Assembly (NCBI GenBank): GCA_963702425.1
Contig: CAVPCQ010000011.1
Span: forward strand, 1-64,000
Direction of reading: 5' to 3'
Length of the DNA stretch: 64,000 nucleotides
Source of the DNA: an uncultured Acidobacteriota bacterium
GTDB taxonomy: Bacteria > Acidobacteriota > Polarisedimenticolia > J045
Each line of letters opens with the position of its first letter. Within the stretch, counting starts at the first letter, position 1. This document shows, one piece after another, positions 1-8,946 of the stretch. The notes below the pieces were generated by a model. That model was given only the letters and a program-made list of their open reading frames with translations, was not told where the DNA came from and made no database searches. A program made the translations under genes and the position numbers.

Positions 1-58
1 TCGCGCTGCTGCGGTGGGCCGTCAGCCAGCCGTTCCGCTCCCAGTCCGCCAAGCTCAT
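1..58 (-). CDS. N-terminus of probable HEPN-domain toxin (runs off window start)
   Basis: Minus-strand ATG at 58 reads MSLADWERNGWLTAHRSSA..., resembling the N-terminus of HEPN partners of HTH-MNT proteins. It overlaps the 3' end of the MNT gene. Only 19 codons are visible. Confidence 0.55.
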   Translation of the reverse strand, partial: MSLADWERNGWLTAHRSSA

Positions 59-654
59 CCGACCCTCCGATGACGAACAGGTGCGGCTCCAGCAGAATGC
101 TCGTCAGGAAGTGGTGACCGCCACGGATCTTCTCGCGGAATTCGGCGGGCGGGTAGACGGTCGGGTTCACCTCGCGCCCGATTCGTTGCTGGGCCGGGAT
201 CAGGGCGTCGACGACTGCCGGGAAAGCTGCCTCCCCCACGACCAGCAGGTCGATGTCACTGTCATTGCGCAGATCGCCGCGTGCCACCGACCCGAAGACG
301 AAGGCCAGCACGATGCGGTCGGCAAGCGGTGCGAGTGCCTCGCGCAACACGTCGACGGCGCCGGTCGTTTTCAGGAGGAGCGATCGCAACTCCGGAAAGA
401 TCGGCGAGGCGCGATTCGCCTGGAAGTAGACCTGCCGCCCCGCCACCGTGCGCTGGAGGATCCCGGCGCTCGTGAGGGCACAGAGTTCACGCTGGACCGC
501 GCCGTGCGCGGCACCCGTTTGCCTCACGATCTGGCGCAGGTAGAAGGCCTCGTCGGCGTGACCGAGAAGCCAGGCCAGGAGGCGGCGCCGTGTCTGCCCG
601 AACAGGACGGCGCCGGGGTCTCTGGGCGGGTCCCTGCCGGCCGGTCGTACTCAT
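1..654 (-). CDS. Winged-HTH + minimal nucleotidyltransferase (MNT) antitoxin; 5' frameshift, 3' end off window
   Basis: Manual minus-strand translation: GAVLFGQTRRRLLAWLLGHADEAFYLRQIVRQTGAAHGAVQRELCALTSAGIL...LAFVFGSVARGDLRNDSDIDLLVVG...REVNPTVY, containing the pol-beta GS...DxD motif. ATG 654 (MSTT) is out of frame with the body, so the ORF track misses it. Confidence 0.85.
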
Positions 655-692
655 TTCGGATACAAATGTACTCGATTCGAGTACGAAGTCAA
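647..692 (-). promoter_or_regulatory. Sigma70-like promoter with palindromic operators for the MNT/HEPN operon
   Basis: Minus strand TTGACT (692-687), 16 nt spacer, TACATT (670-665). Perfect palindrome GTACTCGA-T-TCGAGTAC at 668-684 and an imperfect copy at 647-663 over the start codon. Confidence 0.6.
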
Positions 693-772
693 CGGATCGA
701 CCGCGCGGCGGACCGGGACCCGGTCCTCATGGAAGGCACGGACGCAGGCCACGGTCGGGATCGCGGTCGGCG

Positions 773-2839
773 TCACCCCACCCGCAGCACCATCATCGTC
801 GCGTCGTCGGACAGCTCCGCTCCCGCGCGGAACGTCCGGACGGCGTCGTCGACACGGGTGAGGACGGCGTCGATGCCGTGCCGCTTCACCGTGGCGAGCA
901 GCTCCTCGAGCCGCTCGGTGCCGTACTGCTCGCCCTGCGGGTCGAAGGCCTCGACGATCCCGTCGGTGTAGAAGAAGAGCAGGTCGCCCGGCGCGACGAG
1001 CGTGCGCTGCTCGTCGTGGTGCATCCCGTCGAACATGCCGAGCGGCACCCCGGTCGCCTCGAGCCGCTCCACCCCGCCGTCCGCGCGCACGACGAAGGGC
1101 GGGTTGTGCCCCGCGTTGACCCAGCGCAGGGTCCGCCCGTCGGCCTCGAGCACCGCCGCGAAGAGGGTCAGGAAGACCTCGGACGGGGTGTTGGCGGCGA
1201 CCTCGCGGTCGAGGTCGATCACCAGCCGCGCCAGGTCCGGCTCGAGCGGCAGCAGCGCGCGCAGGGCCGCCTGCGCGTTGGCCATCAGGAGCGCCGCGCC
1301 GACCCCCTTCCCCGAGACGTCGCCGACCAGCAGCGCGAGCGCGCCGTCGGCGAGAGCGAAGTAGTTGAAGAAGTCGCCGCCGACCTCACGTGCCGGGATC
1401 GACACGCCCTTCACCTCGGACAGCCCGACGCGGAGCGGTAGCTTGGGCAGCATCTCGACCTGGATCTGGCGGCAGACCTCCAGCTCGCGCCGCATCCGCT
1501 CCTGCTCGACGACCTGCGAGCGCTGGCTCTGCAGGTCGGCCGCCATCTGGTTCACGGCGCGACCCAGCTCGCCGATCTCGCCGCCCTCGCGCACGTCGAT
1601 CCGCGCCGACAGGTCGCCGGCCGCGATCTTCCGAACCCCGTTCGTCAGGTCGACGACCGGCCGGGTCATCCGCCGCGACAGCGGGAAGACCAGCCCGGAC
1701 GCGAGCGCGATCACTCCCAGCCCGATGCCGAGGTTCCGGACCAGCGAGATCTGCATCGCCCGCAGCGATTCGCCGATCGGCCGCGCGAGGCCGAGCATCA
1801 CCCCGGTCGCCTCGTCGCGCTGGGCGACCACGACCCAGGTCTCGCCGCCGCCCGTCACCTCGACGCTCTTGCCCGGCCGCACCCGCTCCGCGACGGAAAG
1901 CGCTCGCAGCACCGGCTCCTGGCGCGGGTCGGGCGTGAAGAGCCTTCCGTCCGCGGCGACGGCGAACGGGATCTCCCCCGTCTCCCCGCGCGTGTTGGCG
2001 ACCACCGTTCCGAGCAGGCGCGGGATCGACAGGCGCGCCTTGAGGTCGGCTTCCCCACCGCTGGGCCGCCGGATCCGGAAGGTGAGCTCGCGGCCTTCCG
2101 GCGCCGGCGGCGCCGCTGGAGCAGGCGGCGCGGGCGGCGCGGGGGGAGCCTCCACCGCGTCCACCGACAGCGGCGGCTCCGGCGGCGGCACGGCCTGGCC
2201 CGCGATCTTCGCGCTACGCTGCTGCTCCTCGACCTGCCGGGCGACGCGCGCCAGTTCGCGCTCGGTGGCTTCCGCTTGCTGGCGGATCGACTGTTCGATC
2301 GCGCGGCGGGCCTCGGGCGGCAGCTTGTCGAGCGCACCGTACGTCACGTTCGTGCCGTCGACCACGACGTCGGGAACGAACCCCTTGACGTTCTTCAGGA
2401 TCTCGCCGAGATCGACGACGACGGGAGCCGCGGCCGCCCCGGCACCGGGGCCACCGGCGTCTCTCCCCTGGGGCACCAACTCGACCCGGTCGAGCAGCGC
2501 CGTCGCCGCGCCAAGCTCCCGCTCCAACTCGGCGAGCAGCTGCTCGGAACTCTCGGCCCCGGCTCCGGCCGGATCGGCGGGCGCGCCGGGAAGCGCGGGG
2601 ATCGCCGCAACCGGTCGGGCCGTGGCGTCCCGCCGCCCCAGCCCTTCCACCCGGCGCGAGACGTCCGCGGCGACCGCACCCATGCGCCGCGTCATCTCCG
2701 CCGCCGTCGAACGCCCCTGCGCCTCGGCCGTCTCGCGCAGCGCGGCCAGGGAGGAGCGGTACGACAGGAGCGTGACCAGCGCGACCGGCAGCACCGAGGC
2801 GGCGAGCAGGGCGAGCAGCAGGCGGGTGCGCAGCTTCAT
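773..2839 (-). CDS. Membrane sensor PP2C/SpoIIE (RsbU-like) phosphatase with HAMP domain
   Basis: Two TM segments, HAMP (GEIGELGRAVNQMA), SpoIIE motifs EVGGDFF, GDVSGKG, NAGH, YTDG, DDAT. Confidence 0.93.
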   Translation of the reverse strand: MKLRTRLLLALLAASVLPVALVTLLSYRSSLAALRETAEAQGRSTAAEMTRRMGAVAADVSRRVEGLGRRDATARPVAAIPALPGAPADPAGAGAESSEQLLAELERELGAATALLDRVELVPQGRDAGGPGAGAAAAPVVVDLGEILKNVKGFVPDVVVDGTNVTYGALDKLPPEARRAIEQSIRQQAEATERELARVARQVEEQQRSAKIAGQAVPPPEPPLSVDAVEAPPAPPAPPAPAAPPAPEGRELTFRIRRPSGGEADLKARLSIPRLLGTVVANTRGETGEIPFAVAADGRLFTPDPRQEPVLRALSVAERVRPGKSVEVTGGGETWVVVAQRDEATGVMLGLARPIGESLRAMQISLVRNLGIGLGVIALASGLVFPLSRRMTRPVVDLTNGVRKIAAGDLSARIDVREGGEIGELGRAVNQMAADLQSQRSQVVEQERMRRELEVCRQIQVEMLPKLPLRVGLSEVKGVSIPAREVGGDFFNYFALADGALALLVGDVSGKGVGAALLMANAQAALRALLPLEPDLARLVIDLDREVAANTPSEVFLTLFAAVLEADGRTLRWVNAGHNPPFVVRADGGVERLEATGVPLGMFDGMHHDEQRTLVAPGDLLFFYTDGIVEAFDPQGEQYGTERLEELLATVKRHGIDAVLTRVDDAVRTFRAGAELSDDATMMVLRVG

Positions 2840-3048
2840 GGCTTACTCACGCGATGGCCGTCCGTTCCTTGACCATCCGCTCGCCTTCGCGCCGAGCGGG
2901 CGTCTCATCGAGGCGATTCCCGGGGGGCCCGTGGGGTAGGCGCCCCGGGGATGGAGGGGCGCGACAGCCTATTCCGCGGGGTGCGAGGACGCTAATCGCT
3001 GCCGGGGTCGGGCCGCCGCGCCCGCCGGCCCACCCCTAGAATGGCGAG

Positions 3049-3558
3049 ATGACCGACGACCCCCTGCCCCCTCCCCCGGAGAGCGCAGCCCCGCGCTGGC
3101 TACTCCTGCACCCGGGCATCCGCACGGTCTGGCGGATCAGCAGCGTGATCGCCACGCCGATCGTCGCGGTCACCGCCGCCGGGCTGGCCCGCGCGCTCGA
3201 GGAGGCGGTCGCGCTGCCGCTTCGGTGGTGGGCGGTCGGGCTCATCGTCGCGCCGCTGTTCCTCGCCGGGAACTGGTGGTTCTCCGGGCGGCGGTTCGCC
3301 GCCTGGCGTTACGCGCTCTCGGCCGACGACCTGGCCGTCGAGCACGGCGTCTTCTGGCGCCTCGCACGAACGATTCCTCGGGTGAGGATCCAGCACGTCG
3401 ACGTCCACTCGGGCCCGCTCGACCGCGCGCTCGGACTGGCCCAGATCTCGATCTACACCGCGGGCTCGGAAGGCGCGGTGGAGACCATTCCGGGCCTCGA
3501 GCCGGCCATCGCCGACGGCTTGCGCGACGCGCTGCTCGGCCTCTCCGCGCGCCCGTGA
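3049..3558 (+). CDS. YdbS-like membrane protein with bacterial PH domain
   Basis: Two TMs then HGVFWR...IPRVRIQHVDVHSGPLDRALGLA, a bPH_2-type motif. Confidence 0.85.
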   Translation: MTDDPLPPPPESAAPRWLLLHPGIRTVWRISSVIATPIVAVTAAGLARALEEAVALPLRWWAVGLIVAPLFLAGNWWFSGRRFAAWRYALSADDLAVEHGVFWRLARTIPRVRIQHVDVHSGPLDRALGLAQISIYTAGSEGAVETIPGLEPAIADGLRDALLGLSARP

Positions 3559-5132
3559 TCGAGCGCGCGGTCCCGTCCGAGGCGTGGCACCGCCTCCACC
3601 CGCTGACCGTCGTCACGGAGCTGCTGCGCCTGGTCGGCCAGTTCGCGTACGTACTGATCGCCGCGCTGGCCGCGCGCTTCCTCGGAGCTTCGGAGCGCTT
3701 CAACGACCCGTTCCTGGTCGCGATCGGCGGCGTCGGCATCCTGGTCGCGCTGCTGCGCTACCTGTCGCTGCGCTTCGCGGTCTGGGAGGGGACGCTCTAC
3801 ATCCGCCGTGGCGTCATCTTTCGCCAGGCGCGTACGATTCCGATCGACCGGATCCAGAACATCGACCTCAAGCAGAACCTGCTCGGTCGGCTGACCGGGG
3901 TCGTGGACCTGAGGGTCGAGACCGCGTCCGGCAGCGGCGCGGAGGCCGAGCTGTCGGTGCTGTCGCGGGCCGCGGCGGAGCGGCTGAAGTCCGAGCTGGC
4001 CGAGCACCGGACGGGGCCGGTCGCCGCCTGCGCCGACGACCGCCCAGCCACCGCGGAGGGAGTCGCCCAACCGGAGGGCCGCGCGCCGGCCACGACGGCC
4101 GCGCCGCCCCCCTTCGCGACCACCGCGCGCATCCCGATCTGGCAGGCTTCGCTCGGCGACCTGCTGCTGCTCGGCGCGACCCAGAATCGCGCCGGCGCGA
4201 TCCTCGGCGGGCTGGCCAGCCTCTACTTCGTCGTCGACGGATACTCGGGCCTCAGCGCCCGCGCGGGCGTCGACGCGGCGCGCGCGCTGGGCGGCCTCGG
4301 GGCTTGGGCCGCCGCCGCCGTCGCGCTGCTGGCGCTGGCGCTGCTCTTCGCCGGCGGCTGGATCCTGTCGATCCTCTTCACGGTGGTGAAGTACGCCGGC
4401 TTCACGCTGGCCGAGGCGGGGGGCGGGCGCCTCGTGCGCTCGTACGGCCTGACCACGCGCTACGAGAGCGTGATCCCGTTGCGCCGGGTGCAGGCGCTGC
4501 GGCTGGTCGCCAACTGGCCCAAGCGCGCCCTCGGCTACTGGACGGTCTACGCCGAGACGGCCGGCTCGTTCGTCGACAAGGAAGCAGGCGGCGCCTCGAT
4601 CGTCGTACCGCTGCTCGACGCCCGCCAGCGAGGAGACTTCGCACGGCGCGTCTTCCCCGGGCTCGATCTCGACGCCGCGGACTGGCAGCCCGTCAGCCGC
4701 CACGCGATCCGCCGCGGCTTCCTGCGCGCGACGCGGCTGATCGGCCTCGTCTTCCTCGCCGTCGGGGTCTCGTTCGGACGCTGGCCCTGGGTGCCGGTCG
4801 CGCTCCTGCTGGTAGTCGCCGCGGCTTGGGCCTGGCTGCGCTGGCGCGCGCTGCGCTGGGCCCGCGCCGGGGAGTTCTGGCTGGCGGCCGGCGGGGTCTG
4901 GCGGCGCACGGTGTGGATCATCCCGGAAGCGAAGATCCAGTGGGTGGCGGTCGAGCAGAGCCCGTTCCAGCGCCGGCTCGCGATCGCGACGCTCGAGGTG
5001 GCGACGGCCGGTGCGGGGCCCGCTGCGGGGGCGGAGGTGGTCGACCTGCCCGAGGGTCCGGCGCGCGCCTTGGCCGCCGCGCTCGCGGCCCGCGCCGCGG
5101 CCGCCGGAGCGCTGCAGCCCGACGGCGTCTGA
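3555..5132 (+). CDS. YdbT-like membrane protein with three bacterial PH domains
   Basis: GTG at 3555 overlaps the upstream stop (GTGA). WHRLHPLT start and three repeats of IPxxRIQ...Q-type motifs. Confidence 0.85.
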   Translation: MIERAVPSEAWHRLHPLTVVTELLRLVGQFAYVLIAALAARFLGASERFNDPFLVAIGGVGILVALLRYLSLRFAVWEGTLYIRRGVIFRQARTIPIDRIQNIDLKQNLLGRLTGVVDLRVETASGSGAEAELSVLSRAAAERLKSELAEHRTGPVAACADDRPATAEGVAQPEGRAPATTAAPPPFATTARIPIWQASLGDLLLLGATQNRAGAILGGLASLYFVVDGYSGLSARAGVDAARALGGLGAWAAAAVALLALALLFAGGWILSILFTVVKYAGFTLAEAGGGRLVRSYGLTTRYESVIPLRRVQALRLVANWPKRALGYWTVYAETAGSFVDKEAGGASIVVPLLDARQRGDFARRVFPGLDLDAADWQPVSRHAIRRGFLRATRLIGLVFLAVGVSFGRWPWVPVALLLVVAAAWAWLRWRALRWARAGEFWLAAGGVWRRTVWIIPEAKIQWVAVEQSPFQRRLAIATLEVATAGAGPAAGAEVVDLPEGPARALAAALAARAAAAGALQPDGV

Positions 5133-5148
5133 ACCGGGCTGAGCCCGC

Positions 5149-7176
5149 TCAGATCCGCGAGTCCTCCCGCTTGAAGCGGCGCAGCGCGTCGCGCGTGCCG
5201 AAGACGTAGAGCCGGTCGCCGGCGAACAGGCGCGTCGTCGCCTGCGGCAGCAGGCGCACGGTGCGTCCCCCCTCGCGTCGCCGCAGCACCAGCACCGAGA
5301 CGCCGAATCGCTCGCGCAGGCGCGCCTCGCCGAAGGTCTGCCCGATCAGCGCCGCCGGGATGTCGACCTCCGCCACCTCGTGATCCTCCGGCAGCTCGAC
5401 GTAGGTCGGCTTGGTCTCATCGTCCTCGTGCGCCTCCAGCCGCGCCAGCAGCGAGCGCCGGTGGAGCACCTCCAGCGAGTAGACGCCGAGGATGTCGCGC
5501 TTGGAGACGGTCCCCGCCAGGCGCCGGGAGGCGAGCGACTCCAGCACCGGCAGGCGCTCGCAGTCCTGGACCCAGAAACGGTCGAGCGCCTTCTCCAGCC
5601 GGTCCTCGGGCGTCACGGTCGGGAAGTGGCGGTCGGCCACGTCGCGCGCGTGGAGAGTGCCCGGGTCGGCCGCCTCGCGCAGCGCGCGGCTGGCCTCGTA
5701 AAGGCTGACGACGCCGAGGAAGCGCTCCTCCTCGTCGACGATGTAGATGTGGTTGCGGCGCTCGCGCAGGAAACGGTCGAGCAGCTCGGGGAGCGCTTCG
5801 TCGGCGGCCGCGGTCGCCTGCTCGGTGCGCATCACGTCACTGACGGTCAGGGAGCGCATGACGGCCGCCCCGCCCGCCATCGGCGACGTGCCGCGCTTGC
5901 GCCGCATCGCCTCGGTGTAGATCGACTCGCCCTCGATCCCGCGTGCGACCAGGCTCGCCGCCGCCGCGCCGACTAGCAGCGGCACCACCAGCTGGTAGTC
6001 GAGCGTCATCTCGAAGACCATCAGCACCGCGGTCATCGGGGCGTGAGTGATCCCGGCCAGCAGGCAGCCCATCCCGACCAGCGCGTAGGCCTTGGGATCG
6101 GCGGTCCACCCCGGAAACAGCCAGTGCGCGGTGCCGCCGAAGGCGTCGCCGAGCAGCGCGCCGAGGAAGAGCGTCGGGGTGAAGACGCCGCCCACCGCGC
6201 CGGCGCCGACGGTCAGCGCGCTGAAGACCAGCCGCAGCGCGAACAGCGCCAGCAGGTAGCGCGGCAACCAGTTCTCGGAGAAGAGGTCGAGGATCCCCTC
6301 GCGGCCGTTGCCGACCAGCTCCGGGAACCAGATCAGCGCGATGCCGAAGACCAGCGCGACGAGCGCCATGGAGGCGACCTGCGGCAGCCGGCTGGCCCGG
6401 AACAGGACCCCCGCGCGCCGCAGCGCGCGCAGGAAGAGGACCGCGACGGCGCCGCACAGCACGCCGAGCAGGACGTACAGCACCACCTCCCAGACACTGA
6501 CCATCTGGAACGGCAGGACCTTGAAGACCGGCCAGTCGGCGAACGCCGCGCGCGAAACGAGCGTCGCCAGGACCGAGGCGAAGACCAGCGGCGCGAAGAC
6601 CTCCAGTGCGAAGCTGCCGACGATGATCTCCATCGTGAACAGCGCCGCGCCGACCGGCACGTTGTAGGCGGCGGCGATCCCGGCGGCGGCGCCGGCCGCG
6701 ACCAGGATCCGGCGCTGGCGGACCGGGATGCCGAGCCGCCGCGCCCCCCACGAGGCGACGGTCGACGAGAGCAGCACCATCGGCCCCTCGCGCCCGACCG
6801 GCCCGCCGGAGGCGATCGTGAACAGCGAGGAGGTCGCCTTCACCACCGCCGACCGCGCGTGGAGGATCCCGTCGCGCAGCACGACCGCCTCGAGGATGTC
6901 CCAGCCGCGCATCGTGCCGGCCCAGCGCGCGCCCCATGCGAGAACCGCGCCCGCGAGCAGCGCGCCGAGCACCGGGACCGCGATGCGCCAGAGGTACGAC
7001 GACTTCTCGACGGCGTGAACGATGTTCGGGTCGCTCGGCCAGAGCAGCGCCGGGAGCAGTACCGCAAAGGCGCGGAAGATCACCGCCACCCCGCCGCCGA
7101 GCAGCCCGACCCCCGCCGCGAGCAGCAGCAGCTTGGCCTGGTCGGCCGCCGGTTGCTGGGGAGTGGAGCGGCTCAT
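5149..7176 (-). CDS. ClC chloride channel/antiporter with CBS pair and TrkA-C (RCK_C) domain
   Basis: GREGP, GGVFTP, HAPMTA and SIY motifs, tandem CBS domains, C-terminal GVSVLVLRR...GDRLYVFG. Confidence 0.93.
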   Translation of the reverse strand: MSRSTPQQPAADQAKLLLLAAGVGLLGGGVAVIFRAFAVLLPALLWPSDPNIVHAVEKSSYLWRIAVPVLGALLAGAVLAWGARWAGTMRGWDILEAVVLRDGILHARSAVVKATSSLFTIASGGPVGREGPMVLLSSTVASWGARRLGIPVRQRRILVAAGAAAGIAAAYNVPVGAALFTMEIIVGSFALEVFAPLVFASVLATLVSRAAFADWPVFKVLPFQMVSVWEVVLYVLLGVLCGAVAVLFLRALRRAGVLFRASRLPQVASMALVALVFGIALIWFPELVGNGREGILDLFSENWLPRYLLALFALRLVFSALTVGAGAVGGVFTPTLFLGALLGDAFGGTAHWLFPGWTADPKAYALVGMGCLLAGITHAPMTAVLMVFEMTLDYQLVVPLLVGAAAASLVARGIEGESIYTEAMRRKRGTSPMAGGAAVMRSLTVSDVMRTEQATAAADEALPELLDRFLRERRNHIYIVDEEERFLGVVSLYEASRALREAADPGTLHARDVADRHFPTVTPEDRLEKALDRFWVQDCERLPVLESLASRRLAGTVSKRDILGVYSLEVLHRRSLLARLEAHEDDETKPTYVELPEDHEVAEVDIPAALIGQTFGEARLRERFGVSVLVLRRREGGRTVRLLPQATTRLFAGDRLYVFGTRDALRRFKREDSRI

Positions 7177-7322
7177 CGGGTCCTCGGATCCTCGGGTCGC
7201 GGCGCGCGCGGCCGAGCGCCGGCAGCGGCGCGCGCGGGTGGGAATCGTAGGCCCCGGGAGCCGCTTTCGTCTCCCCCTCCCGTCCCGCGGACCCCGCGGC
7301 GTTGTGTGCTAGGGTGCGCCCC

Positions 7323-8597
7323 ATGTCCGCGGCCCCGCCTGACGGCCAGCCTTCCGTCGCCCGAGCCCTCTTCAGCCGCCCGATGCTGGTCTCGCTGCTG
7401 CTGGGCTTCTCCAGCGGCCTTCCTCTGCTCCTGGTCGGGTCGACGCTGCAGGCCTGGATGGTCGACCAGAAGGTCGACCTCAAGCAGATCGGCCTGTTCA
7501 CGCTGGTCGGCCTGCCTTACACGCTGAAGTTCCTCTGGTCGCCGGTCTTCGACCGTTTCGTGCCCCCCTTCTTCGGCCGCCGGCGGGGCTGGCTGCTGAT
7601 CACTCAGCTCGCGCTCCTGGTGGCGATCGGGGCGCTCTCGACCGCGCAACCGGAGCGCAGCCCGCTGGCGGTCGCGCTGCTCGCGCTGGGGGTGACCTTC
7701 GCCAGCGCTTCGCAGGACATCGTCGCCGACGCCTGGCGGCGCGAGTCGTTCTCGGACCGCGAGCTGGGGCTGGCGACCTCGATCTTCATCAACGGCTACC
7801 GGGCCGCGATGCTCGTCTCGGGCGCGCTGGCGCTCTACCTCGCCGACCGGATCCCGTGGCACGACGTCTACCTCCTGATGGCCGGCCTGGTCGGGGTCGG
7901 CGTCCTGACGACGCTGATCGCCGGAGAGCCCGCGGTCTCGGGGCCGCCGCCGCGCGGCCTGCGCGAGACGGTGCTCGGCCCGCTGCAGGAGTTCTTCCAG
8001 CGCCTCGGCCTGCGCGAGGCGCTGCTCGTGCTGCTGTTCGTCCTGCTCTACAAGGTCGGCGACCAGATGGCCTCGGCGATGACCACCCCGTTCGCGCTCG
8101 CGCTGGGCTTCTCCAAGACTGACCTGGCGGCGATCGTCAAGGTCTTCGGCCTGGCGGCGATGATGGCCGGGGCGTTCGTCGGCGGGCTGTCGATGGTGCG
8201 GCTGGGGATCCACCGCGCGCTCTGGATCTTCGGCGTGCTGCAGGCGCTGGGGATCCTCGTCTTCGCGGCGCTGGCCCAGGCCGGCAAGGACTACGGCCTG
8301 CTGGCGGCGGCGGTCTCGGCCGAGAACTTCTCGTTCGGGCTCGGCACGTCGGCCTATTCGGCCTACATGGCGAGCGTCACCAACCGCCGCTTCACGGCCA
8401 CGCAACTGGCCCTGCTCTCGAGCCTGATGGGGGTCCCGCGCGTGCTGCTCTCCGCGCCGACCGGGATCCTGGCCGAGGCGCTCGGCTGGACCGGGTTCTT
8501 CGTCTTCTGCGCGCTGGCGGCAATCCCCGGGCTGCTGCTGCTGCCCAAGGTCGCGCCGTGGCGCGGACCGGGCGCGCCGGGGGATCCCGCGCGATAA
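7323..8597 (+). CDS. ampG: AmpG-family muropeptide MFS permease
   Basis: LGFSSGLPL, KFLWSPVFD, GRRRGW, SASQDIVADAWR, FTATQLALLSS. Confidence 0.92.
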   Translation: MSAAPPDGQPSVARALFSRPMLVSLLLGFSSGLPLLLVGSTLQAWMVDQKVDLKQIGLFTLVGLPYTLKFLWSPVFDRFVPPFFGRRRGWLLITQLALLVAIGALSTAQPERSPLAVALLALGVTFASASQDIVADAWRRESFSDRELGLATSIFINGYRAAMLVSGALALYLADRIPWHDVYLLMAGLVGVGVLTTLIAGEPAVSGPPPRGLRETVLGPLQEFFQRLGLREALLVLLFVLLYKVGDQMASAMTTPFALALGFSKTDLAAIVKVFGLAAMMAGAFVGGLSMVRLGIHRALWIFGVLQALGILVFAALAQAGKDYGLLAAAVSAENFSFGLGTSAYSAYMASVTNRRFTATQLALLSSLMGVPRVLLSAPTGILAEALGWTGFFVFCALAAIPGLLLLPKVAPWRGPGAPGDPAR

Positions 8598-8625
8598 TCG
8601 CCCGGCGCGCGCGGAGGCCCCCCCG

Positions 8626-8892
8626 ATGCCCAGCCCCCTGACCGGTCCCCTGTTCCGCTTCGCCGAGCGGCTGCGCTTCCCGCAGCTCTTCGCGCTGACG
8701 GCCGGGCTGTTCCTGCTCGATCTGGTCGTGCCCGACCTGATCCCCTTCGTCGACGAGATCCTGCTCGGCCTGCTGACGCTGCTGTTCGCGAGTTGGCGGC
8801 GGAAGCGCACGGAGCCGGTGCGGACGGACAGCCGGCCGGGTGGCCGGCCGGGCGACGACGCGCGCGTCGTCCAGGGTGAGACGCTGCGCTGA
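8626..8892 (+). CDS. Small membrane protein (DUF6116-like)
   Basis: RLRFPQLF...DLVVPDLIPFVDEILLGL motif, high-GC coding codon usage. Confidence 0.75.
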   Translation: MPSPLTGPLFRFAERLRFPQLFALTAGLFLLDLVVPDLIPFVDEILLGLLTLLFASWRRKRTEPVRTDSRPGGRPGDDARVVQGETLR

Positions 8893-8921
8893 GGCGGGGC
8901 TTGGTGCGGGCCGCGCAACGC

Positions 8922-8946
8922 GGGCCGCCACGGAGGGCGGCCCCTA
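8922..8946. repeat. GTAG-family REP-like palindrome (single copy)
   Basis: Reverse complement TAGGGGCCGCCCTCCGTGGCGGCCC is nearly identical to the copy at 10718-10743. Confidence 0.7.

Noticed and set aside
81-971. 296 aa plus-strand ORF
   Set aside because: Antisense shadow of the MNT gene and the end of the SpoIIE gene; no protein motifs.
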